Source of the DNA: Azolla caroliniana
Taxonomy: Eukaryota > Plantae > Polypodiophyta
Length of the DNA stretch: 64,000 bases
Assembly: GCA_043228905.1 (NCBI GenBank)
Contig: JBHGNT010000014.1
Span: forward strand, 14,012,001 to 14,076,000
Reading direction: 5' to 3'
Part shown: in pieces, positions 43,801 through 57,679 of the stretch
How positions within the stretch are numbered: the stretch's first letter is position 1
Layout of the letters: the number at the start of each line of letters is the position of its first letter
The notes under the pieces: model-generated
Told to the model about the DNA's origin: nothing
The model's input: the letters and a program-made list of their open reading frames with translations, nothing else
The model's database searches: none
Program-made: the position numbers and the translations under genes

Positions 43801-46279
43801 CTCACTGACCCCATCCTCCGACATCTGGTCGAGATCGGAAGTCGGAGTCGGTAAGGAAAACCACGATGCCGATTCATCAAACTCAACATCTCGGCTCACT
43901 CAGACCTGCTTCGTCCGGGGATTATAACACTTATACCCCTTTTGCTCTTGAGCATAGCCGACTAGGATGCATTTTTCCGATTTTGCATCCAGCTTTCTCC
44001 GCTTCTCATCCGGCACATGTACATAGGCTATGCTGCCGAATATCCGGAGGTGTCTCAAATTCGGCTTGCGCCCGAAATACAGCTCGTGAGTTGACACCTT
44101 GTCCCCGATCTGGTTCTGGATGTAAACGGTTGTTTGGACCGCCTCCGCCCAGTAGAACTTGGGCATGCCCTTTTCCTCCACCATTGCCCTAGCTGTGTCA
44201 ATCAGCAACCGATTCTTCCTTCCGGCCACACCGTTCTGTTGCGGTGTGTATCTGCAGCTGAATTCTCGCCGAATTCCTTTTTGTTGCAAATAGTTGTTGA
44301 ATTTGCCGGAAAAGTACTCTTTTCCGCCATCCGACCACAGGCATTTGATCTTCCTCTCCGATTCCCGTTCCACCATCTTCTGGAGGCTCCGGAAACACTC
44401 GAAGACTTCTCTCTTCCGCTCAATGATTTAGATCCACGTATGCCGCATGTAGTCGTCGATGAAGGAGACGAAATATAGACTTCCGCCAATGCTAACGTTT
44501 TGTGCCGGTCTCCACACATCCGAATGGATAAGATTGAGCTTGTTACGGCTTCAATTTCTTTCGGTGGGGAATGGAAGCCGGTGTTGCTTCCCGAGTTGGC
44601 AGGCTTCACAAATTTGGGCTCTCCAGCCGCTAAACTTCGGCAAACCGAAAACGACTTGTTCCGTTTGCAGGTCTTGAAGCCTTCGGTAGTTGACGTGGCC
44701 GATCCGCTTGTGCCACAGGTCGATATCCGATTCGACCTTCTGTCCTTTGGTGAACAGTGTCGTGCCGACGTCATTGGTGTTGAGGATAAACATCCTCCCA
44801 TCTCTGTGGCCTTGCGCAATAACTTCGCCCTGATCCTCAATAAAGCACCCGAGGTGCGTAAACTGCACCTGCATCCCCTGGTCGACGATCTGTCCGACCG
44901 ACACTAGGTTCTTCGTGATCGTCGGAACATGTAATACATTCATCAGCTTCCCCCTCTGTCCGACGTGGCTCAAAGGGACTTCTCCGACGTGCACGATCGG
45001 GTGGGGAGTGTCGTCTCCGATTTCGACAACTCTCGGTTGATCCGGCTTCTCCAAAAAGGAGAACCACTCCTCGTGGCACGTCATGTGGTTCGATGCGCCG
45101 GAGTCAACGTACCACACTTCCTTCGATTTGGAAGTGGTCTTCTTCATTGAGTTTGCCTTGTGCTTCATCACCAAGGCTCGCCCCTTACGGTTCTTGGATC
45201 CTCTCGATCCGTTTGCGTAGTGCGAGCTTTGCCGGCCTTCCTTACTAGTCTTGCTGGATCTGGATTTGTCTGAATCGGCACGCTTTCTCTAGCACTCGCT
45301 TTCCCTGTGGCCCTTTTTTCCACAGTACCAACATTCCGTAGTTGATTTGTCTTGCCGGCCTCCGGCACCACCTTGACTCCCCCTCATTGTGGAAGTCCTG
45401 GAACTGTTGTCGGCACACTCACTGTGCCTTCGTTCCTGTTCTTGTTGGCCGCCTCCATTGTGTGCCGACCTGCCTCGTCCACCACGCCCATGGGACCGAT
45501 CCACTCCCGTGTACAACATCCGGTTGTCTGGGGATGCACTGGTAGATGCACCGGCGTGGTTCTCCTCTACAAGGAGCATCGACTGTAAGTCGAAAAATGA
45601 GGGCGTATTCTCCCTTGTACAAACCGCAGCCGGAAAGCTCCGAACTTGGATGCCACGCCTCCAAGACAGACCTGCACCATCTCGTCTTCCTCTACGGTGA
45701 CGTTAATAGAGGCAAGCGAGTCACAGATCCCTTTGATCCGGTCTATGTAATCTGCCACCGACATGTTCTTCTGTCGAACATTGCTCAACTCCTGTTTGAG
45801 TTGCAGCTTCTGAGCAGTGGTGCTTGCAGCGAAGACCTTTTTCAAGTTTCCCCAAGCATCCTTCGGTGTCTTGGCGTCACGGATATGGCTAAGCAGCTGG
45901 TCACCGACACTAGATGCGAAGTAGTACATCACCCTGCTTGCCGCCTGTTCCCACACTTGGAAGTCCTTGTGTGTCGTCTCTGGTGCAGAGTCGTTCACTC
46001 CGTCAACATAACTCCAGTAGCCATGCCCAACCAGGTACTGGTGCATCTTGTATGACCAAGATGCGTAGTTGGTTCTGTCGAGCTTCTCCACCGGGAGCGA
46101 CGTAGCCATACCTTTGTCCATTTCTCCTTTTGTGTCTATTTTCCGATCTGTTAGGGTTTCCTTCACAAGCGTAGATGTCTGCAGCAGAAGTTCTAAACCC
46201 ACGCGCTCTACTACCATGTGAAAGATTGCTTGCGGAAGCGTTAGAATGAACAATACACAAAGAGAGAGAGAGTATGTGG

Positions 46280-46339
<60 letters not shown>

Positions 46340-46676
46340 AGGACACACTATTCTTCAAAATTATATGAATACTCTGTTCTCTGTATATACAACGCGCTCA
46401 TCAGCGCTATTTATACAAGTCCACACAGGACTGTTAGAAGTACAGTGTACTTTAATGCTCACACGAGCATTTGACACTAACTACGAGACTATAATTGCCT
46501 AGTAGTCTAACCTATACTAGGCTTCTAGTTACAGATTGGATCCGGCATACCTGCTCTCCCGCTCACCGGTCCTTACTGCTTACCGGCTCGGTTGCTCACC
46601 GGCATACCGATTCATCTCGCTTACCGGCTCAGGCTTATTCAGTCGATCCGGCTCAGGTTGAGCTTGCCGCTCAATA
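40810..46676 (-). mobile_element. Element I: Ty1/copia inserted in the H 3' LTR
   Basis: LTRs 40810-41245 and 46217-46676 with (AG)n, TSD GTAAG, PPT 41246-41257, Met-like PBS TGGTAGTAGAGC, domain order gag-PR-INT-RT-RH. Confidence 0.96.
41908..46121 (-). pseudogene. copia gag-pol with frameshifts and deletions
   Basis: [75 protein letters not shown]. Confidence 0.95.
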
Positions 46677-46681
46677 GTAAG

Positions 46682-47360
46682 CCCGAACGCTCCCTCGTCA
46701 CGAGACGAACGAACGTACAAGGAAGACACAAACACACTCACAAAATGCTCGTACGCCTTTATGAGGAGGAGAGGTGCATGGGCAATCCCGAAACGGTCCC
46801 TCGTCACAAGACGGCGGAACGTACAAGGAAGACAGAAACACACGCACAAATGCTCTTACTTCTTTATGAGGAGGAGAGGTGCATTGGCAAGCCCGAAACG
46901 GTCCCTCGTCACAAGACGACCGAACATACAAGGAAGACACAAACACACACACAAATGCTCGTACGCCTTTATGAGGAGGAGAGGTGCATGGGCAAGTCCA
47001 AAACGGTCCCTCGTCACAAGACGGCCGAACATACAAGGAAGACACAAACACACGCACAAAATGCTCGTACGCGTTTATGAGGAGCAGAGGTAATGGGCCA
47101 ACCTGAAATGGTCCCTCGTCACAAGACGGCTGAACGTACAAGGATGACACAAACACACGAACAAATGCTCGTACGTCTTTATAAGGAGGAGAGGTGCATG
47201 GGCACGCCCGAAACGATCCCTTGTCACAAGACGGCCGAACGTACAAGGAAGACACAAACACACACACAAATGCTCGTACATCTTTATGACGAGGAGAACT
47301 GCATGGGCATGCGCGAAACACTCACTCGTCATAAGATGGCCGAACGTACAAGGAAGACAT
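46682..47360. repeat. ~105-bp tandem array in the H 3' LTR (continues at 40583-40809)
   Basis: Recurrent TTTATGAGGAGGAGAGGTGCATGGGC..CAAGGAAGACACAAAC. Confidence 0.93.
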
Positions 47361-48284
47361 GAACAAAGAAAGAAGGAAAGAAAGAAACACGAATGATATC
47401 GGCCAAAGAAATAAATATGTGTTCGATTCCAACACAAGAGGACCCTTTAAAAAATAGGGTTTGATTACAATGGCAACTTATAGTTAACCACAAGGTCAAT
47501 CAAAACATAAATACTAAATGCCCTTAGAGACAAGAGCAAATCCGAACACGGTGAAGATGAACACGCGAGCACAACCAAAATGGCAATCCCAACGAACCAC
47601 GACCACCCGAACGGCGAGCATACAGGCTCACAACGATGAATGGGGCGGAGCAATGTTGAACCAACGAAGCTTGGGCTCACAAGCACTTCGAGTGCCGTCG
47701 TGAAGAAGACGAGCACGTGGCGGTGGGGGGATGAAGGGGTATGAGATGAAGAGAAGTGGTGAATAAGAAGATGAAGAGCTCCGAAGGAAAAATGGTGATA
47801 GTCTCCTCCTCCCAAAACGTCCTCCCGAATGAGCCCCCCCTCGACCTCCTTTTATAGGAAAAAAAGGAAAGGGGGTCGCCAATTTCTTCTTTAATGCAAA
47901 AAGGAATAAAATTCCTTAAATCACGCTACACTATAAGACTAGATTTGAACCGTGCACCTCTAACTAGAAGTCAATGTGACTATCCACTAGCCCATTAACT
48001 CTCTCTTATATAATATATGATTCTATCTCCCCTCTACTTTTTATCTCTCCTCTCTCCTACTTTTTACACGAGCTTCTATGCATCCTTTCCACCCTTTCTT
48101 TTCCCTTTTCTTTTTCATGTGCGCAATTAATCACCTTTGTGTGCACACACATTGCGCATGCACATTTTGACCCCCCCCCCCCTTCCCCGGCTTTTCCCAC
48201 TATCGAGCATGCCATATCACGACATCCACCCCCAACAAACGGCACATCCTTTGGTATGTGCCAAGAATGGCGGGCTGAGGGTGA

Positions 48285-51200
48285 TCAATAGTTCATTTCC
48301 TCCTCCTCATTGACCCCGTGGCTTGTTGTCTGCTCGCCTTTATCTTTGTCAAGGTCATCGAGGTTTGGCTCCCTGTCGTGTCGCTTTTTGAAGATTTTGA
48401 CCCGCTTCCCGGCTATTGGTACTGCCAGCTTAGTCCCATCGAGTTCAGCGAGATGGTAGGTAGCATTATCGTTTTCCCTTGTTACCACGTACGACCCGAA
48501 CCATCGCTTTGCGAATTTCTGCATCGAACTATGTTGATTGTCGAGAATACTATCATATACAATCACCCAGTCTCCTTCTTCGATCTTCTGAGGACGTAGT
48601 CGATGTGTCCTGTCAAACCGGGCTTTGTTACTTAGCATAGCCGCTTCTAAGCTCTCCTTTGCCAACTCCAAGTCTTCGGGTCTTCTCTCAAGTTGCCTTA
48701 TCCTTGTTGCTAGAAGCTCTTCTCGACTCATCTTGTTTTCCCACGGCATCGCTACCCATGAAGCGATCATGTCTTCAATGGGCATCACCGGCTTTTGTCG
48801 GTACATGAGTTCAGCTAGCATGAAACCTGTAACTGAGCTATGAGTTGTTCTGTCGGCCCACAAGGCATAAGGTAGTAACCGAGGCCAATTTCCGACTGGC
48901 CCATCAAAAGCTCTTACAATGGCTTTTACGATAAGCCCATGTCCGCGTTCTGTCTTTCCATTAGCCTTCGGGTTATAAGCGGTCCTGAGAGAGAGCTTCA
49001 CTCCAAGTCGATCAAAGAGCTCTGTAGCTTTGTGAGCGTTCAGCTCTCCTTTGCCGACTACTATCATCCCCACACATCCGTACCGGCAGATGACATCCTC
49101 AAGTAAGAATTTACACACCCCCACCGTCGTTTTGTTTGCTAAGGCTTGCCCTTCTACCTGGTTTGTTAGGTCTTTTCTTGCTAGCACCAAATATTTCATT
49201 TGGCCCACTCGCATCGACATCGAAACCAAATCCACCATCCATTTGAAGTGTATGGTGAGTGGGTAGGTCGGGTGCAACTCGTCCCTATGGTGTATGTTGG
49301 CAGCTTTCACATGTCCCCACGAAATGGGCGACATCTTTGTACATTCTCGGCCACCAATACTTATCCTTTAACTTCTCAAATGTTGCCCACGTTCCTCTAT
49401 GGCCCGCCCAAAGACTCTCGTGGAACTCAGACACAAATTTTGTGGCGTCCCCATCCTTCTCTTCGGGTGCCTCCAGAGGAATCCCCCTCGTAGGAAGTAC
49501 TTGTACGCTTTCTTTCAGATTCTCTGTGCTTCCTGCTTCGACCATGAACTATCCACTATCATTGAGCTTAAGAACTTGCCAATGTGTAGCCACTCCCCTT
49601 CGTATTCACTTTCGTTGAAGGCATGGAGTACTCTCACATCTCGATCATCTATAGACGCTTGGGTTGTCTGAAGAAGTCAAGAGCGACATCCTCATCTTCA
49701 GACACCATGTCACTTTCACCCTTGAATCTTGCCCTCGATAGCATATCTACCATGGCATTGTTCTTCCCTGAAATGTGGTGAATCTCCGGGTTCATTGATT
49801 TGATGTAAGCAATCCACCCTAGCATAGCTAGGTCAGGTGTTGCACATCCTGAAACCATGCCTAGGATTGGAAGGCAATCCGTCTCTATTCCCACCTCTGA
49901 CCTGATTAGGTAATCTTTATCCGCCTTTACTATGGACACAATACCCCAAAACTCACGTTTTACTTGGGCGTATCCTCGTTGTTGCTCGCTTAAGACCTCG
50001 GTTCCGAACCGGATGGCATAGCGTGTACCATCCTCTCCTTCTTGGTTTATGACCCATCCGATCCTTGTTGGACTCGTATCTACCGTCACGTAGATGGGCA
50101 CCCCTTCCTTGTATACGGTTTTTCGTAAAGTTGGTGCCGCTACCAAAATTCCTTTGAGCCTCTTCATTGCCTTTGTGTGCTCTTACTCCCACTTGAACTT
50201 CCGCCCCTTTTTTAGTAACCCATACAAGGGCTCAGCTAGGTGAGCATAGTGCAGGATCCAGATGTGGTAGAATACACAGGCACCAAGAAATCGCCTCACC
50301 TCTGCTTGCAATTTACATTCTTCCCTCATGTCTGTGATGGCGTCCACCTTTGCCGGGGACGGCTTCCGTCCGTAAGCCCCGCACAAGTGTCCCACCACAA
50401 GGATCTCCGGTTGGCCGAATGCCGATTTCTCACCCGAGAAGGTCAAGCGTGCATCTTCGAGTCTTTGTAGAACCTTCTCGCAATTGGAGATGTGATATGC
50501 CACAAAACATCTGCAACCATCCTCGTCCAAGGTTTCATCTTTCTCCGCTTCAGAGCACCCTTTTATGGGGATGTCATCGAGGAATGGCATGGTGATGTCG
50601 GGGATGCAATCTCTCAATACCTTGTTCATTGCACTTACCATGTGGGCTACAGAGTTAGTGCCTCCTTGTGGCAAGGTACACATTCGCACTAAGCCGATAG
50701 GGGTCCGCATCGTCGTGATGTCCCTACTCTCCAGAGCTAGTTGGAATTAATCATACCCCGAGTATAGATCACCGATCGAATAAATAGACCTTCTAGCGAA
50801 AGCCTCAGCGAATTTGTCAACACTCGGTCCGACCCCTACATTTCGAATTGTCACCTGATTAACAGGTTATAGGTCATGGATGAAGTGTAAGGTGCCATTC
50901 TTCTTTGGCACGGTGATGGCTCGAGGATACCCATCTCGATCTTTTCCTTGAGTAGCTCAATCAACTTCGGGATGTAAGCTCTCGGAACCGGGATTGGCTT
51001 GATGTTCCACGGTACATGCGGCACTGTAAAGATCACCATTGTCTCCACGATGTTAGGGTTTACACACCCTATCTCACCCGACGAGAAGGCGAAAGCCCTT
51101 CCGTGGCTTTCGATCATCCTTCTAAATCTTTCCTCCTCCCTAGGCAATAGGAAGCCACCCTCATCAATCTGGAGCTTCTATCGCGTCTCGTCGGTGAACC

Positions 51201-53810
51201 GGTGCGCTATGCCTCGTGGGTCCCACAAGCTAGGATAAACCGCTACCCCCTTTATCTGATACCAACTATCGTTAGGCAATGGGGCAGCCACAAGCTTCAC
51301 CTTCTTGTCCACGGTCTTGTACTTTGTTTGCACCTTGACCGTTCTCGCTTCCTCAATCAACCGCCCAAGCTCTTCGATGGCGGTGTACATGTCAAATCAG
51401 TTGACTGGAATTACCTTGTGTTCATTGAGGCCCGAAACGACTAACCTCTCCATCTCTCTGAGAGTATCGTCGAACGAGATCGCCTCCATGGCACCGCCTA
51501 TGGTGTCATCTTCCCCCAATAAATTACATTGTTTGAGATACCTTTCGTATCTCTTGGCCCTAGACTTATCTCTATCACTTAAACTAGTAATTTTACAAGC
51601 TCCATTTTCGGAGAACCAAAATTGTTTCCTATTACATTTAATAGTTGCCTCGGGCTATTGCGGCCCCACTCTTTAATAGCCCGTATCAAAAATCCTCTCG
51701 GCTCTCCCCTTTGAGGGAGGCTCGATTGCGCTCATGGTTGGGCCTCACCGTAAGGAATTGGACCGACTGCTTCCCATCTTGGCTCTTGACCCTCGCATAT
51801 GCCAACCTGTTGTCTAGCACCTTCGTCTCCATGTGAGCCGCCGTGATGTATCGTTCACCCATGATGACCGGGTGCGAGGACGTCTCTTGAACAAAGAAAT
51901 GTTGATCTATTTCTACGTCCCCCACCTTCACACGTACATTCGGGCAAGCCCCGTATAGCTCCTCAGTTGCTCGGGTTGCCGCTCTAATCTTCCACCCGTG
52001 CTTCGTGTTGATCGGCCACTTTCCCTTTTTATAAAAGTCCATGGACATAAGGTTGATCTCAAAGCCATGGTTGATCAATGCTAGAACCGGCTCTTTTACA
52101 TCTCCAACCCGTACCGGTGTCTCCGTTGTCGCTCTCGCCCAATGCGGCCTCATGTAGTGACTGTCCGCATAGTCTTCGTCTTCCTCGGGAACCTCAGTTG
52201 ACAATGCATTTACAATCGCGGTTTTTTCCACTTCTTGCTCTGTCCAGAGCTGCTTCCTATTCATTAGGTCGATGATGACCTCATGGAATTCTTTCTTGGA
52301 AATTCTGAGGACCTCTCGTAGAGTAAAATCTACGCGACTATCGAGGATCCTTTCCTCCACTACCTTCTTCAAGTCCGTTGCTTGTTCGATCTCCGAGCAA
52401 AGCTTGAAGTTGGGGGGGTTCCCCTTCTCTTTCCATATTTCGTCGCATGCTTGAGATTGGTTCGGCTCTTCCCTTCTTTGTGCACCTCCAGTGTCATATT
52501 TCCTTGATGGACCAGCTCCCTCGTCATTTCCTACCGTCTTCTCATCTACCATTACTTTGTAGTTTTGGCAAGTGGCTTCCACTAAGCCTATCTTTTCTTC
52601 CACCGGATCCTTCCACCCGGTTGCTTCTTGGACCCTTCTTTCCGCTTCGTCCGCTTCTTCTCTTTTGAACTTCCCCTTAGAGAGGCTTCAAAGGATTGAC
52701 GGCCAAAAGTCAAACTCTTTCTCCTCTTGCCTCCTCACCTCTTTCCCCACTCGGATCCCAGCTGACGCTGAGTAATGGACGGCTTCAACATGTCGTGCTT
52801 CGGCCTCCTCCAATAGCCTTCTCATGCCCCCTCCGCCTTGATTCAATCCCAAGGGGCACCTTGTCTCCGTCAAATAGACCCTATTGTTCCAAAGATAGAC
52901 AATATCCTTTCTTAGGGTCTCTTGAAAGTCTCCACACTCCCTTTGTAGGGGTCGAGGTTGTCACACCACATACATATTTGCGCGAATGGGGGACGTCGAT
53001 CTTGAGGGATGCCACTCTCTCTCCTAGCTTGCACTATTTGGAGATCTCGCACCATCTTTGTGAGCTCGTATATTGCCGACCCTCCCGACGGTGCTTCAAC
53101 CACGTTTCTCTCAGGGACGAACCTTGCATTTGCTTGCTCTCTTTCTTGAGATATTCTACCACCCCTCGGTTCGTGCGTCTCATTAACGGAGACCTGTTGT
53201 TCCATTCCCTTCTCTTATCGAAGCGGCTACAAACCTGTTTTACCATAGCCCAATCCGTCGTGAGCCCATCATTAGTTTCGAGGAGGGACCCCACCTTCTC
53301 TCGGTCTAGAGCATCAACAGTCTTTATGAATAGTAGGACCTTGCTTGTGTCGAGCACCATCCTATCGAGAGCCGAGAGTCGCGCGAAGCGCTTCTCAAAT
53401 TCGTGTAAAAGTACCGTAGTATTTCTCCGCTTACAGGGAAGCTCAACCCACTGCATTAGATCCCTTTTTGAAATTTTGAGTGAGTCATCAAGGTCGTACT
53501 TCTCGAGGAGTCTTTCCTCAAACTCCACCCAATTGCAACAGTCCTCTTGGATCTCAAGCACCTCTGCGTGGATACTCGGCGTTACCACTCTAGCGAATCT
53601 GGTTAGACGCCTATCTTTGGGGACGTTTCGCATAACGATTTTGGCCTTATAGGCATCCAAGTAGCTCATGATATCTATTCCATTGAACCGACCCATTGTG
53701 CTGACTACCGTCTCTATGGCTTGGTTTAGGCCGGTGATGCCTTCTCGGCATTTACCAGGCGGTCCACCGCCGCCGCCATCGCTTCAGCGAGTTTTCCTCC
53801 TCACACCTTT
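48285..53810 (-). pseudogene. H gag, protease, RT, RNase H and integrase (fragmented)
   Basis: ORFs 53034..53696, 51686..52603, 50183..50710, 49649..50167 and 48285..49334 are collinear with C. Confidence 0.93.
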
Positions 53811-54155
53811 GTTCTCCCTTACCGCCCTTTCACGTCGGGTTCACCAATTTATGTCGCGAAGTTTCGCGCGTGTGTGTTACTTGGGTGGGACCACAAGGGA
53901 TCTTGGACTATGGAGTACTCAAGGGATAGAGAAGACCCGAGGTTTGCTTTACGACAATACTACTTCCCGATCCCTTCCCAAGAAAGGTCTCGTTGTCCTT
54001 TGTTTTGTGAGGCCCGTGGCTCTTGTTGATCATGACTCGTCGACCTTTTGAGATCACTGCATGAGCCAAGTGATCAAACGGGTACAACCAAGATGAGCAC
54101 GCAAGATGAACGCACAAGGGGACGATAACACAAACACGAATGCCCGTACGTCTTT

Positions 54156-54764
54156 TGTTGGAAGACAGGTCCCTCCAAATGGGAAGGGAGAAGAACAGTC
54201 CCTCCAGATGGTATGAACCGGATGAGGAGTACCCGACTGTGGAGAGTCGGATGGTGTAGGCCCGGTATGAACCGGATGAGGAGTACCCGACTGCGGAGAG
54301 CCGGATGGAGCCCCTCGAGGCTACATTTGTAAATAGCCGAAAAGTCATATTAGTATAAATATGACTTAGGGCAAACTTTTAGTTTTTTTTGGTGTGTAGT
54401 TGTCGTTGTTTTTGTGATTAATCCTTTTCTTGTTGGTGCAAGAAGAAATCAGAGCGCGTAACTGTACAGATAGAGAGAGAGAGAGACGAGGTCGTTGCCT
54501 CTGTTGTAACCGCCGCCTGTGGCGAAGATCTGAGAGCACGAGGTCGTTGCCTCAGTGATCTCACTGTTGTATATTTCTACATAGCGACAGTTTGCAGCTT
54601 GTGGGCTGCCGTGGTTTTTTCCCCTATTTTGGGGTTTTCCACGTATACCTCCTGTGTACCATTTCTTCTCTTTTGTGTCGCGTTTCATTACCTGTTTTTC
54701 TGTGTATGTAAAGAATCTCGGTTGTGGCCGAGCGTCGGACATAAGGAACGTCAAGTTCTCAACA
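54156..54764 (+). mobile_element. Solo LTR K (609 bp)
   Basis: TGTTG..CAACA, TSD TCTTT, absent from the other H LTR, TATAAAT at ~54354, internal 45-bp direct repeat at 54210 and 54264. Confidence 0.88.
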
Positions 54765-54766
54765 TC

Positions 54767-55682
54767 TTTATGACGAGGAGAGGTGCATGGGCATGCTCGA
54801 ACGCTCCCTCGTCACAAGATGTCGAACGTACGAGGAAGACACAAAACACACGCACAAATGCTCGTACGCCTTTATGAGGAGGAGAGGTGCATGGGCACGC
54901 TCGAAACGCTCCCTCATCACAAGATGGCCAAACGTACACGGAAGACAGAAACACACGCACAAAATGCTCGTAAGCCTTTATGAGGAGGAGAGGTGCATGG
55001 GTAAGACCGAACGCTCCCTCGTCACGAGATGACTAAATGTACAAGGAAGACACAAACACACACACAAAATGCTCGTACGTCTTTGTGAGGAGAGGTGCAT
55101 GGGCAAGCCCGAAATGGTCCCTCGTCACAAGATGGCCAAACGTACAAGGAAGACAGAAACACACGCACAAATGCTCTTACTTCTTTATGAGGAGGAGAGG
55201 TGCATTGGCAAGCCCGAAACGGTCCCTCGTCACAAGACGACCGAACATACAAGGAAGACACAAACACACACACAAATGCTCGTACGCCTTTATGAGGAGG
55301 AGAGGTGCATGGGCAAGTCCAAAACGGTCCCTCGTCACAAGACGGCCGAACATACAAGGAAGACACAAACACACGCACAAAATGCTCGTACGCGTTTATG
55401 AGGAGCAGAGGTAATGGGCCAACCTGAAATGGTCCCTCGTCACAAGACGGCTGAACGTACAAGGATGACACAAACACACGAACAAATGCTCGTACGTCTT
55501 TATGAGGAGGAGAGGTGCATGGGCACGCCCGAAACGATCCCTTGTCACAAGACGGCCGAACGTACAAGGAAGACACAAACACACACACAAATGCTCGTAC
55601 ATCTTTATGACGAGGAGAACTGCATGGGCATGCGCGAAACACTCACTCGTCATAAGATGGCCGAACGTACAAGGAAGACATG
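54767..55682. repeat. ~105-bp tandem array, about 9 units, in the H 5' LTR
   Basis: Directly visible periodicity. Confidence 0.93.
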
Positions 55683-56567
55683 AACAAAGAAAGAAGGAAA
55701 GAAAGAAACACGAATGATATCGGCCAAAGAAATAAATATGTGTTCGATTCCAACACAAGAGGACCCTTTAAAAAATAGGGTTTGATTACAATGGCAACTT
55801 ATAGTTAACCACAAGGTCAATCAAAACATAAATACTAAATGCCCTTAGAGACAAGAGCAAATCCGAACACGGTGAAGATGAACACGCGAGCACAACCAAA
55901 ATGGCAATCCCAACGAACCACGACCACCCGAACGGCGAGCATACAGGCTCACAACGATGAATGGGGCGGAGCAATGTTGAACCAACGAAGCTTGGGCTCA
56001 CAAGCACTTCGAGTGCCGTCGTGAAGAAGACGAGCACGTGGCGGTGGGGGGATGAAGGGGTATGAGATGAAGAGAAGTGGTGAATAAGAAGATGAAGAGC
56101 TCCGAAGGAAAAATGGCGATAGTCTCCTCCTCCCAAAACGTCCTCTCGAATGAGCCCCTCTTCGACCTCCTTTTATAGGAAAAAAAGGAAGGGGGTTCAC
56201 CAATTTCTTCTTTAATGCAAAAGGGAATAAAATTCCTTAAATCACACTACACTATAAGTCTAGACTTGAACCATGCACCTCTAACTAGAAGTCAATGTGA
56301 CTATCTACTAGTCCATTAACTCTCTCTTGTGTAATATATGATTCTATCTCGATAAATTCTTACCCTATCTCCCCTCTACTTTTTATCTCTCCTCTCTCTT
56401 ACTTTTTACACGGGCTTCTATGCATCCTTTCCACCCTTTCTTTTCCCTTTTCTTTTTCATGTGCGCAATTACTCGCCTTTGTGTGCACACACATTGCACG
56501 TGCACATTTTGACACTCCCACCCCTTTCGCCGTCTTTTCCCACTATCAAGCATGCCACATCACGACA

Positions 56568-56737
56568 CCATTACTTTTTCTTAAAATATTAATTACACTT
56601 CAGATGTCCCTACGCTAAAGCTGCTACTCCCTCTTCATTACGCTATGGCCCCACCCGTCTTCTTCGCTTGCCATAACTGTCCTTTTTTCTTTTGTCATTT
56701 TCAACCTTTCCTACTTGGTCGTCCAAGGCGGCCAATA
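56568..56737 (-). repeat. Probable outer remainder of the G 5' LTR
   Basis: Ends GGCGGCCAATA, similar to the F LTR end GGCGGACAACA; LINE coding sequence starts right after. Confidence 0.5.
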
Positions 56738-57359
56738 GTGTGATGGGGAAACGCGGCTTTCAAGAGTCATGGATAAAAGGCACAACAGAACTTTATAGAA
56801 ACGCTAACAATTGTGTTTCACTAGGAGGTGAAAGGGGCCTCTTCTTCCAAATATCGTGATCTGTACGACAGGGATGCCCATTGGCACCATGCTTATTTCT
56901 ATTATACACTGAAGCACTCTCTAGATTTCTCAACTCGCGACATCTAAACCTATGTGAACTTCCTATGTTGCACTCTCACGAAAGCCTCCTGGATATAGAA
57001 ATAAGAAATGACACCGTAGTCTTTTTGCAAGGGGACTTGGAAAATCTACAAAAGCTAGAAAGTGGATTAACCGTATTTTGCAAGATATCAAACGCCATGA
57101 TCAATTGGCACAAATCTTGTGCAATAACGGCTCTCTCATGAAGAACATCTTGCATGGCACCCCACATCCCACTTTCAAGTGGATCAATCAGGGAGCAAGA
57201 AACAAATATTTGGGTTTCCAAATTGGATTGAACATTCCTCCGGAGACTATGATTGCACTAGTTATTCACCCCATTCGACAAAAGTTGATACATTGGAGCT
57301 CGAAAAAGCTCTCGCAAGAAGGTCGCATCATTGCCAATACAAACGCAAGACAACATACT
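56738..57359 (+). pseudogene. L1-type non-LTR retrotransposon RT fragment
   Basis: SVRQGCPLAPCLFL, INWHKS, KYLGFQIG, KLIHWSSKKLSQEGR. Confidence 0.85.
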
Positions 57360-57679
57360 CCATGTGTTAAGAGTCTATTACTAATCAATAGACCAAAGTA
57401 AAGTGAAAGAAGGAAAATCGATTGGATAGAAGAATCTGTTCCACCCGACCACCCCCGAGCTACCACCCCCGACCCCCCCTTTCTAAAAGGCTCTCCATTC
57501 ATTGGTTGCCCAAATCATGATAGTGTAGGCACCTATCATTCCTTCTATCCAATCACATTAGCCCCTTTTTTAACATTAGTGAACATACCCTTCACTAATG
57601 TAAATATTAGGGACCTACCCTCACCAACATTATGTGTACATAACATCCCCCTAGTTTAAAAGATTGTACTCTTGCGATA

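Larger units (their letters stand above)
40284..56567 (-). mobile_element. Element H: decayed full-length Trp-primed Ty3/gypsy with ~2.1-kb LTRs
   Basis: 3' LTR 40284-40809 plus 46682-48224, 5' LTR 53852-56567, PBS 53829-53846, PPT from 48225, flanks CCGT/CCAT. Confidence 0.9.
53852..56567 (-). repeat. H 5' LTR (contains solo LTR K and the tandem array)
   Basis: TGTCG..CGACA; long near-identity to 46682-48224 and 40284-40809. Confidence 0.92.

Noticed and set aside
46201-46216. Copia PBS TGGTAGTAGAGC as a novel primer
   Set aside because: It is two mismatches from the iMet PBS in a decayed element and cannot be distinguished from mutation.
47198-47212. GGCACGCCCG in the H repeat units, resembling the Arg PBS
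   Set aside because: It lacks the exact TGG register, is present in only some units, and is a short GC palindrome, so probably chance.
46682-47360. 105-bp arrays as a CRISPR array
   Set aside because: Whole units repeat with no unique spacers, there are no cas genes, and the arrays lie inside LTRs.
46698-47815. ORFs of 100-200 aa duplicated at 55022-56136
   Set aside because: They are repeat-derived frames inside the H LTRs with no protein motifs.
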